64,000 bases of DNA from Amphiscolops sp. MND2022 (taxonomy: Eukaryota), in contig OZ076409.1 of assembly GCA_964187785.1 (NCBI GenBank), positions 18,788,001 through 18,852,000 on the forward strand, in the 5' to 3' direction. Below are positions 49,001 to 61,000 of the stretch, piece after piece. The stretch's first letter is position 1. Every line of letters starts with the position of its first letter. A model generated the notes under the pieces. The model was not told the origin of the DNA and ran no database searches. It was given only the letters and a program-made list of their open reading frames with translations. The position numbers were made by a program, and so were the translations under genes.

Positions 49001-52000
49001 ATCGTCCTGCGAGGACTTGAAATTCGAAAAGTTTCTGGTGCCACTTTTGGTTTTGTCAGAACTATGTTAGGCGCAACTTTTAATTTATTTGTTCTCTCAC
49101 TTCAGACTCCAATGTACGAAAATGAGGAAAATAAAAGGATTTCAAATGGTTTCTCGCAGAACCCTGCAGGCAATAGACCTATAGCTGCACCAATGTACGA
49201 AGAAAATCCGACACTTTTGTATCCTGAAGTACATCTCTTGAACAATCCGATTGCGATTGGTTCTACTCTTAATGAAAGACAAAGAGCTGACTCAAATGTA
49301 TTAAATCAAACAGGAAATGCTCCTAGTACATTAAATACCTTTTTACAAAATAACAATGGCAATAACAGTTCTGGAAATGCTCCGACTACTGTCAAAGAAA
49401 ATGCTCCTAGTACCTCAAATAACAACAGTAATGGAAATGCTCCATTACCCCCACCATAAAGTTTACAAAAAACGTTTACTCTTTAGTGAAATTTCTCTTA
49501 CTTAAAAGTGATAAGGCTTCTTGGAATAGATACCACTGTGATTGTTGATGTTTTTCTTCTGGTCACAAACATAATGACACAAGCACAAATTGACTTACAA
49601 ACCCTATATAACTCGCTTTCTAAAACTTAGTACAGTCGCCAACTACTTAACCTCAAGCCTAATACCAACTATTTATTCTCCAGTTACTCCACTTATCCAG
49701 TTCTCTTGCTTTTGATATTCACTTTTAATAATCAACTACAAATATAATTCATAATGTCGGATGCTATTGACTTGTTCGAACCTGAAGGTTTTATCCCCAA
49801 CGACTTACGCCCCCCTAATGTCAACTTCCGATCACGAAAAACTAAGCGGGTAAAGCCCTGATTCCCCAAACCCTTCAGGCAGGCTAACAAAAGAATAGCC
49901 TCTGAAGCTCCTGAGCCAAATTGGCCGAAAAAGACATCCAAATTGGAAAATGATATGAACTTAGACCCTAACCGCCTGTCAAAGAGACTCGGTGATGGAA
50001 AAATTAAAGGCCCCTCGTGCGTGTCAATGAGACTCGACGACGGGTTACCCAAAGAAAAAAATTGGTTTCCAAGCCTTAAAGAAAGACTTGATATCCAAAA
50101 GTCCCGAGAGACAAATATAGATACAGACGACCCAAAATTCATTAAATTCCTGAAGTATGGTATAAGGAAGGACCATAATGAATGGTTCCTTGCCACACCT
50201 AAACAAGGAATTGAACTTGTTAACAAGAAGTTGAATTGTTCCATTGTCATTCCCCCTGAACGCTGCCCCGCTATAAACATTAATCTACCGAAGGAAATGA
50301 ATCAATGGAGACTAAAAGATCGTCTTCCCGAAGAAAGGAAGTACGTAATCTACAACCATCAAATTGATTCTCTAATTAAAGCCCCCTTTGGTGTAATCAC
50401 CGCGTTTCCTGACGACCCAAACCCCCTGTTTAACGACAACGCCAGTACTTGTAGCTCGTCAATCAGTACACCAGCTTCCAAGAAATCACATCATGATAAC
50501 TCCCAAATCTCACACAACAAACAACCAACAGTCAATGCGACTACACAAACAAAAAATGAAGAGTGGATAGACACACCTGATACCAATCTTACCGCTGCAC
50601 TCTGGAAAACTGAATTCGCAATTGCCGAATTTGAACAGCAAAACCGTAGTCTGAATATCGAACTAGCCAACTTAAAGAATGCCCTTTGCTCTGCCAATCG
50701 ATCACGAGCAATGGCTAAAGAGAATGCAACTCGAGCAGAATTTAAGTTAGAGATCTCCGAAAGAGTAACATCAGACCTTTTCGATGAGAACAAGGAACTG
50801 AAGAGCCAAATTGAAGAAGCGACCTCCAAAGCGGAGTCACTTACAAGTCAACTCTTGGAGTCCAACAAAAGAAACATTCTTCTCAAAGAAAAACTTGATG
50901 CCTTCGATGAGGCAAATAAACAGTTCAAGGAGATCCTTGATAAAAAGGACACCAGGCTCAAAGACCAAGCTAACATCGACAAATTGATCAAACAACTGCA
51001 AATAATGAGAGTCGAGATTGACATTCAACGTGCAGAGGCTATCCAGTTAATCCAAGCAGTAGATGGGAAACAATATGAAAAATTAGAAAAATGCCTACAC
51101 GCCTTGTTAACCCATGCAGACCACTGGGATTGGCAACAGTATGAGAAGTATTCCATATTTAACCTAAAACGAGGAAATGTAAAAGCCAGACTATCAACTG
51201 TATTACTACCCCATCGCCTATAACTTCGACAAGGATCCAGAATGGAAAACCAAATGCACTAGACTACCCTGGCCTGTCAACACGAAACAAGTCCCAACTG
51301 GCAAAAATCACTAAAAGCCCCTATAAACTGCTCTTCAACAAAAACTGAAACTCTTTTAACATGATAATTTGCTTAAACATATTTAACTTTTAAAATTTCT
51401 TTACCTTAACGTAAACTTTACATAAAGCTTTACCCATTATTCATTATATCCATTTTATAACCATTATACCCATTAATTGATTTTGGTATTACGACTAATG
51501 CAGTCTTCTCTGTCAACTGGGGTGAGTTGTAGCAATGCGTTATTTCTAATTTAGTTCATTTTCCCAACAGAGGAAATTGACTCAGAGACATAATAATTTC
51601 CAAAGCGGAATTATTAGAGCATTTTAATTTCTAAGCGAATAGCAACGCGCTAAAAGGAAATTGCAATTCCCAAATTCCTTTAATGCTCAGCCAATAGGAA
51701 AAAGCCACGCGACAGTAGAACTGTCCTGAGCTGGAAAGAGAAATACAGGTACCCATTCCAACGCGGAACACTGAGAATTCACTCGCTCTCTTCTCTTCTC
51801 TTTCTTTCCTTACTTTGCTCTCTGACTTAAAACTCTCCCTTAAATTCAGCTGACAAAGAGTCCTGAATTTTAACTTAGAAAAATTCTAAAGTCTGAAAAG
51901 CTCGACTTAGAAAATTATTCTATCTTATAAACACCCCACTTCTAATTTACCTTCACTTTATAACAATTTTTTGAGACTTATTGCAAAGTTAGAAAACGAG

Positions 52001-55000
52001 TCCTAAGTAACTAAAATCACCGGTTTACAACACTATATTATGCGTAAAACTGAAAATTTCACGCATCAATCAAGGAAAATTAATCCATTATTAGCACTGT
52101 GGGTAATCTCTAATTATTCGACGAGTTTGCAGTCAATTGTTATTCGGCGAGTTAATTTTCGACCAGTTTTCCGCCTTTTTTTCGACGAGTTGTTTTCGAC
52201 GAGTTGCATTCGGCGAGTTGTTTTCGACGAGTTTTCCGTATACCAATCATCCCATATGACTCATCACTTCTTTCCAAACTTGTTATATAAAAAAGCTACA
52301 AAAGGCTTTCGGAAAAAAACCGAGACGAGTTCGTATATTTGAATAAATGGTTGGTCTTCGTGACAGTCGCCAAAAAATCACCTCTTGGATTTTTTGTATT
52401 AAAAGTTATGATAGTGTTTCAGGTCACAGAGTCTCACAGCTTTTGTTGAATGAAACCTTTGTCAGATGAAAGTTTTTCACAGTTTCTCGTCAAGAGAGTC
52501 TAGAAAGCTGACTATCACAGTTGTTTTTAGTCGGCGCCTTTTCCTTTAAGGAAAAAAGCCCGACTATTACAGTGGCTAGTTTTTTTTTCTTTTTTTTCGT
52601 CAGGCCACAGAGCTCATCGCGTATGTACCACTTTTTACAGAAACTGATAAGACTACTCAGGCCAAGTCAGGCCAATAGAAACTTAGTGCAAAGGGTCCCC
52701 CTTTCATTTTTTACCTTTTTTACGTAACCTACAAAACCGGAAGAGACCAAAGGGTCCCCCTTTTCATTTTTCGGCACTGTGCGACATTTTCGAAGTTTTT
52801 TTTCAAAAAAAAATTTTCAAAAAAAATTTCAAATTTTGTTCCCGGTCGGGAAACAGTGATTTTCCAGTCATATCGAGCATGAAAGGCACATTTTGGGTGT
52901 CTCGAAAGTGTTTTCAAAGCTTTTCATGAATACGTCCTGAGAATATTTAGAAAACTTTGCGCTTCTTGAGCCTTAGATATAGCGCCGACTTCAGACGTTC
53001 CCGTCTTGTTTGTCATGCGTCTTCCGTTTTTGAGCTTTGAGAGGGGCCCTTGTTATATGCTGTTGATCCGATATGACCTCTACCGATTATCGGTCTAGAA
53101 ACAATAGACGGTACCAGAAAACTGGTGACAAACATTATTGTATATTGTCAATGCTTTGTGTTTTGTATTTCTGCATTGATTTTTGTATAGAACCGGTTGC
53201 CATTAAAAGAAAGTTACTGTAGTGAATTCAGTTTTCTTAATTCTAGTCTTAGAATACAATAGCCCAGACGTTCAGAGTTTACTTTTGCTATCATGTTACA
53301 AGTTTTCTCGCAATAAGCCTGGTAACTTATGAAACATGAATCTAGTTCTTATAGCAGAAGTGGGGTACCTGTAGGTGCCGACTTGTCTGTCCTTGTACAC
53401 AGTTAGCTGCAGTGCCTCCATCAACTCCTGAACGATGACGTCAATCTTGTTTTCTGGCACCCCCCGAATCCGGGCGTACATCTCCAGGGTCTCCGTACCA
53501 GTCATGTTCTCTATAATGGCGTCGAATTGAGGGCAGTACCCCATGCGTTGTCTCGCCTGAAACATGTCTTGTCTGTCACCAACCAACCTGATCAAACTTT
53601 CCTTTCTTTGCTACATTTCTTTGCTCTCCCTGAGAACTTTCGATTAATCTCGTCGATCTTGGAAAGATTTCCAGTAAGTTTTGGTAATCTTCCGTTATTT
53701 CCACATTGCCAAAATAACGAACGCTGGCAATTGCCATAAGTAATGTACCCATTATTTTACTGGGTTTGGTTCGTTTTTTTTTCAATCGTGAACGACGAAA
53801 AAGAATTAATCATTTCGATATGGAGTCACCAACTTTTAAAATAATTATAGCACTGTGCCATATTATGAGTTTTAGATGACAATGGTGATAGCTTCACCAA
53901 TATCTAAAAGTAAAAAAACCCACACATTCACCAATTTTGCATCCTTAGACCACATTTTAGGTTTAACTGAGTGATTTCAAGACTGAGAGAGTGGTCCACA
54001 CTCTAAGTTTTCGGCAAAAGGTCACTACTAGCAAAACGGCTAAGTTTCGGAAATTACCCTTGTTTAAAAAAATATCTCTAAATGGCCGCTCAATTGTGCC
54101 TTCCCGGACTTGTTTTCAAACAATGCTCTTAAAAAGTCTTAGAATATTACCCAGGATTGCCGCAGATGGATATATTTTGATACAGGAGAGCAATGTTCTA
54201 GTGACTAAAAACTTTCGCTGCAGTGGAAACTAACCCTGACAATGTTGCTTCGTATATTGACATTGTCAATGAAAGCAGTTCCCTCGTCAATCATTAGATC
54301 CCCGGTCAACATGTTGAACGTCGTGCTTTTACCTGGAGAATGAAAAATTCATAAATTAGTTTTCACATCTTCAACTAAAAAGGGAAAAACGATTGAGTTT
54401 AGCTAAAAACAGCATCTTTTCAGGTCACTGAAAGTTCTCAGACGCTCACGTACTACTTAAAACCTTCAAAACTTTCAATAATGACGTACAAGATGGAAAA
54501 ATCTATATTTTCTAGAGAAACTCGTTTTTCCTTGATAATTCTGTTTACTTAATTAGAAATCGTGGCCAGTACGTACCAATGTTTTCTCTTCCAAACAGTT
54601 GCAATTTGAAGTATATTATATCAACAAGACACCTCCTGGGCACTGTGATAATCTCCGCTCCAACTAGTTTAGTTTAAAAAAACTCGAGAAAATTGAAAAA
54701 TTTCACACTTTTTCATTCATCTCATTCCTTCTGTTTGAACAAAACTGCAAGCTTCTTCATGCAAAAGCAAGCTAATTAGCTGTAAAGAATGTTATTGAAC
54801 TCTGTTGATATGCATATCAACGAAACGTCCAAAAATTCAAACCGAATTGCATAAAACAGTCAAAAATTGAGAAAATTGAGAAAAATTGAATTACATAATT
54901 CAATGTTATGTAATGTTATGTAATGTTAAAAAAAAGGAAAAATGTTCCTTTCCCCAATTTCACGGGTTGGACGCCGAATAAAGCAGTTCTGCTTTTCTGA

Positions 55001-58000
55001 GTCTGCCTGTTTCAGACGCTATCTTCCCAGCGCTTTAAATTGCTTTAAATCATAATTCCGACTCCTAAAAATTGAGATAAAGCCAAGTTACGACCCCCTC
55101 AACGTTCCGGAAGTTAAAGGGGCCGCATAAATTCATAAAACAACATTGTTCCTTGTATATATAAAATTTTCAGAATTTTTCATTCAAGAATTTATGTCTT
55201 GATAATTAGGGCCAAGAAGTACAGTATTTACCTAGAATTGCTTGACTGTAATCATTCATTAAATACTCGCGAATTACGCTTCAGAGCATGATTACGCTGT
55301 GAAAGCTTTATTGTGAACAACGATGACGAGAAAAGGAAACAGAATGTTATTTTCGTGAATCGGTAAAAAAATGCAGTGTACACTGCAGTTATGACTCACC
55401 GGCTCCATTGACACCCAGTAACCCAAAGCACTCCCCTTTGGCGACACCGGCGTATAGTCCATGCACAGCTTTCATCACAGGAGCTCCAAACGTATTTCGG
55501 TACGTCTTCTTTATCCCTAAAAAATTGAAAGTTTTCGAGGTTGTTGCTTTTAACATGAATTTCAACGTGATTAAAGTTGGTTTTCCATGAAAACGGGGAG
55601 GTTTTAGATGTTAAATAGCTCATCGATGTTGCTATTGGAGCCCACGCCTTTATGTCTTGAAGCATGGCTCTGACAAATTAATGCACAATTTGAGTACAGA
55701 AGATAAAGTCGTTTTTGAAATGAAAGCATTTCTTTGAATTTAGCTTACACCATGGCTCTAAACTTTTTGTTAAAAAACGACTTCGTATATATTATTATAT
55801 TTATTATATTTATATATTATATTTATATTTATATTATATATTAGAAATAATGTATTGTGTATTTTTATTAACAGCAGAAATCATGCTTAGAAACAACTGT
55901 TAAGATCATTTTTTAAAATCTTTTCGAAGTTTGTACTACCCTAAATGAAAGTAATTTAGTTTTTCACATATTTCATAGGTTGCCAAATGTTTTCATCAAG
56001 ACATACCCAAGTTATTACAATAAAAGTTTCTTTATACATTATTACCATCAAGTAGGTTAGATGGGAAGTCTATTTTCGAACGTTCTAACCTTGAATGACG
56101 AGAACGTCGTTGGAGTTGTTTCCCGAGAGAATTCGGTTCTTCTCGTCCACTATGTCGACATCTTCGGCATTCTCATTCATCTCTTCCGACAATTGGCTCT
56201 TTCGTTTGCACTGAAAACAAAATTTATAGATGTGCCCTTTAGGGAAGCCATCCAATTGTTGAGATATCTTATTCATAAACAAGTCGAGAACAGCTCCTAG
56301 TCGGAGCAAAAAATTGGACAGTAGTGAGAATCGACCTCCGTTCGCTTGCTTGAAAAGTCAATGTTCCAACCACTTGATAAACTGCAAAATCTAGTCCAAC
56401 TTTCATATCATCCGCCGCCCTATCCGTTTCGTCGTGTTAGTGTCTGCTTTGGAAAAAAAGGCGTACCAAAAAAAGCCGACTGAAAAAAAACGTATTCTAA
56501 GTTATAAGTATAACTTTCAATAGACTTTTTTTGGCTCATATTTGAGGGTTGCTTCCAAGATTAATTATCTTGACCATGCTTTTATCAGGGAACGACTTTT
56601 AATCTTTTCCTGATATCATATTGGCTGCAGGTTTGCTAAACCCCCAGCGAAATTGCGGAAACTTGATGACTGTTGGTTGAAGTAACAGAGAAAAGGGCTT
56701 TGTATAAAGCATTTAAGGATCATTATTTCTGCTATGAAAATATGTTGAATGTTTAACTTTGCTTTGTAAGAAAAGATCAGTTTTTGCTGAAAAATTTAAA
56801 GGAAAATTTTTTAAAATAAAAAGGAACACCATTGTCGTCTGTCTATACATGAGGTCATAACGTGTAACTACTCACATAGCAGCATACGAGACAGCAAAGA
56901 TCTCTCATCAAAGACATTCCACCGAACTCCACTAGGAACACTATGGCCCAGAACATGAGCCCATCGATGAGAAGGAAAGCGACAAATCTCCCAATTCCTG
57001 GCTCTTTGAACCGAATGTAATCCAGCTCATCCAGTCCTGCAGAAAATCAATCGTTTTGAAATATTGTTGAAAAGAAGAAACAAAGGTCTCGTTTCATTAA
57101 CTTAATGGCTGATGAATTTTCTCAGTAATGTCTCAGTTTTCGAATAGATTCAAGGTTTCAGGTTGCTTAACCTGTTAGAAAACTTGTTAGGTTAACTTGT
57201 TTCGGTTAACCGATTAAGAATATTTTAACCTTGTCAAGCTCTACTGGAAACTGAAAGCGGAAGTATGGCATTTTTACCATTTTATGGGTACGTTATGTTC
57301 AGACCAGCGTTCGCAGGTTGACCGACCATCACAGGTTGTTTTCGGCGTTTGATTCATTATTTAGACTTTGCTTTGACTTATTTTTAGTCGGCGCTTTTCT
57401 AGAGAAAAGTGCCCGACACTTACAATGGCTAGTTTTTTTTCTTTTCGTTTTTCGTCAGACTACAATCTCACTCTGATTGGGCCACTTTTCTTACAATCGA
57501 AACTACAAAAACTACTAGCATAAGGCCGAGTCCGGTCAGCGGAAATTAGTGCAAAAGGGTCCCCCCTTTCATATTTTACTATTTTACCGTAGCCTACAAA
57601 ACCGGACGAGACTAAAGGGTCCCCCCTTACATTTTTTTTTTCGGCATTGTGCGACTTTTTTTCAAAAATTTTTTAATGTATCAAAAGCGTCCCCCTTTCG
57701 AGTTTTTGATATTTTGCAACAAAATATATGTTGATGAAGCCCAAAGGGTCCCCCCTTTTACATTTTTCGGCACTATGCCACTATTTCTGAAAGAAAAAAT
57801 ATTCAAAAATTTTTTTGAAAAATTTTTTTTGCGCTTCTTGAGCCTTAGATATAGCGCCGACTTTAGACGTTCCCGTCTTGTTCTTTTTTGTCGGAAATCA
57901 GTAGGTTACGATTCCAATTACATAAGGAATCATGCATCCATACTGGTCATAGATAATTCATCCAATTCGAATGAAAATTTCGATCAGAAGTCCTAGATTT

Positions 58001-61000
58001 ATATCAACTGCAGTTGTTAGATTGCTTTATACTTTTTCAAATCAATCGATTTTTTCTTTTATGTTCTAGGATAGCATCATAAAAATTGACTGCGTCATGA
58101 AAAGCGATTCCCCTTCTTTATTTCATACTTTCGGCTCTTTTATACTTTTCAAAACATCTTTTCAAGTTTTCTTGTATTTTGTGTCAATTGAGATATCTGT
58201 AGTAAACTGAGACTGCTGTTCCCTAATTGTTGTTGTTGTTGTTGTTGTCCATGGATTGAAGTGAAAAAGCGACTGACCCATTTTTCTGCGCAGTTCGTTG
58301 AGGTTGTACATGGAGCTGATGTCAACCATAGAAGCGGTGGCTGAAAACTGCGGAAAGAAGAACCCGATGACCATGAGGGGACCCATATCACTCTCCAGAG
58401 AACTCATAATCAGATATGTGACACAGAATGCTGAAGCAAAACAAAAAGCATTTAACCCTTATCAACTACAATTCTTTTGAGAAGTGTGACATCTTTAAAT
58501 TTAGGCGTTTTTTATAAAATTCCCATTGCTTTTACAGGGTACCCGGAAAATAGACAGAACTATGTTTATCACGTTTTCAGACCGTTGGATTAGAACAAGC
58601 AGCTGGCTATAACATGTTTTGTTAATGCTTATTTAGAAATCTCGGCGTTTACTTAGCAGACGATACTTCTCACTACTTGAAGATAACTTGGAAATGACGT
58701 CAGCAATAAAAGTGTTCGAATCGGTTAAAATAGACTTGATCTCTGAGACAAGGTTTTTTATTTCGAGCGAAATTCTTCTAAGATACCAATTCGAGACATC
58801 AAACTTGGCACACGTATATTTGAGCTGTTATGATATTCGTTTATAAACTTAGAAGCGAGTCTGGACACCCTAGTGCCGGGCTATTAGCACCGGAAAAACA
58901 CTAGTTCGACACTCCTACAGGCGCATCGACAAATCTCGGAATAAGTTATGTTTTATATAGAACTGATAGCCCATGGAATATTAGGACGTTTGCGTACATT
59001 TTGGGAACCCTAAGACACGCGTGAGAGGACGGGCCCAATGTAAACAAACACCGAATGTCATGTAAATCGCCACCAGTTGGCCCAAGGACCATGAAACGTT
59101 CCTCAGATGTTCACCTACCAACCCTACGTAATATTCTTGAAAGTCACGTGTCACATGATCAGTCAAAACTAGGAGTATTGTTTGTATAGAGTACGTGGGA
59201 CCGACCGGACGCGCGGACCTGGCAGAAAAAGACACTTGACCTTGGTAAACTAGTCAACTACTGTAGTTTCCGTTGGTGTAAACAGGTCAATTCACGAAGC
59301 TGTGTCAACTAGTGTAATGTCATATCAATGCGAGTGATGTGTGACATGTGTAAATCTTCCAAAACCAGAGCCGCATGTGCGGTAAAGGAGTCGGCTTAGG
59401 TTTTTTCCCTTCTGACTCGCTCGAATCCCAGTGATATGATTTTGATGCCCTTGCACACATAAGACCATAATATTGTGTAGAATGACTGTACGAATTTTCA
59501 TTCGAATCGTATGGACAGTTCCTGCGAAAATCAAAAAAGTCCAAAATTGGCTAATTTTTGGCCAGTTTTGGGTAATTTTGGCTATGTTTCTCACATCCCA
59601 GATATACGAATTTGATGAATTTACACTTAGAGGAATCTAATATCGTGTAGAATGACTGAAGAATGTTTCGTTCGAATCGTAGTGTGGGTTTTTTTTAGAA
59701 AATCGAAAAACGTCGGAAAATGGCAGTTTTTGGCACTTTTCCGGCTAACTTTGGCTTTCCTTCTCACATTCCAGCCTTACAATTCTGATGCCATTGCGCA
59801 CGCAGGGGCCTCTTTGGGTGTAAAATGACTGTGCGAATTTTTATGAAAATCATATGGACAGTTTTCGAGAAGTTTGAAACTTTATTGAAAGGTCGGGAGA
59901 ACAAAAAACAAAAAAAAACGATACGATGGCATAAGTAGTCGATAGTTTTTTCCGACTCTCAAAAAATATTCGCGCTCTGATTGGCAAGAGTCGAACTAGC
60001 AGGAGATCCTGCTAGTTAGTTACAAGGATGTGTCTGGTAAGTTGATAATATGAATGAAACTATATTTGTAACTTATCCGGGATTAACCGCCTTAAGTAAA
60101 CAAACCATACTCATATCACGTAACTCGAAATCCACTGACCGTAGAACCGTATATCTTAACATAAAAGTACAAACAACTTCAAGGTCGCGGGCGAATCTCA
60201 AGGGCATTTCAGACCCTTGAATATATGGAAAGTGTCAATCAGCGTCGTTTGCGAGACTATTTATGCTTTTCAGTAAAACCAAAGGACGGGCGATAAACCG
60301 CACTTGTAACGACGGAAAGGTACCCACGTGTAGAGAATATGCCCCCTATGTAAATGAAGGTCATGGAGCAATTGTCTTGATATTAGAAATGTCTCGGGAG
60401 ACATAATTTATCATGGACTGTTAACTTCGAGCAATTCGTTGAACTACTTGTTATTGGCGGCAAGGAATGTTTATTCAAAGTATAACTAGAAGATGATATC
60501 TCCAGAAACACGTGCGATGAACAAACACAAATGATGCCGAGTTGGAATATACTGGATTAGACACAGCCGAGTTACAGAGCTAAAAGTTGATCCTCGAGAC
60601 GGGGGCAAGAAACTTGGCTTAGCGAAAAAAACTGGTTCGTCGCCCGTGAGCTAAAGACCGAGGTTCTACAATTCCGGAACATGCGTTTTGAGCTTCCGCA
60701 CAGTTGGCTGAATCGAGAATAGTTGCTCATTATTGACTGTTGTTAAATAACTCAACCTGGTCTCTTGTCACCCCCATTTTATTCAAGAGTTATTTCGATG
60801 ATTCTCGAGCATTAGGACTCAATGATTGCAATTTTTTGTGAACATTGTTGAGTTTTCATGAAGTGGTTCAGAACTACAATACTACAAAGATGAATTTTGC
60901 TAGCGCCAAATACTGAAATTACTACTGTCGCGCCGAGAACAAAATTGATTTTACGGATCAATTTCATTTCTTCGTATAAACCGACGTTTGTCGTTTCACA

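Larger units (their letters stand above)
20542..52032 (+). mobile_element. Outer Ty3/Gypsy LTR retrotransposon with env-like gene and extra ORF (12.1 kb without the nested insert)
   Basis: 505-bp TG...CA LTRs, 4-bp TSD CTAT (20538-20541 / 52033-52036), gag-PR-RT-RH-IN order, env ORF. Confidence 0.97.
20319..52244. mobile_element. Mutator-like MITE (about 430 bp) split by the LTR retrotransposon stack
   Basis: Left arm GGAAAACTCGTCGAAAACAACTCGCCGAA (20326-) is inverted at 52209-52237; flanking duplication cATCATCCC (20310-20318) / aATCATCCC (52245-52253). Confidence 0.75.

Noticed and set aside
49732..50280. 182-aa antisense ORF
   Set aside because: Overlaps ORF4 on the opposite strand with no independent evidence.
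53557..53587. Longer ABCA exon using the acceptor at 53588
   Set aside because: Phase does not match the upstream donor at 54234; the acceptor at 53557 does.
58850..60800. Possible solo LTR or other element interrupted by the HINE-like copy
   Set aside because: No termini, TSD or second copy could be identified in the window.
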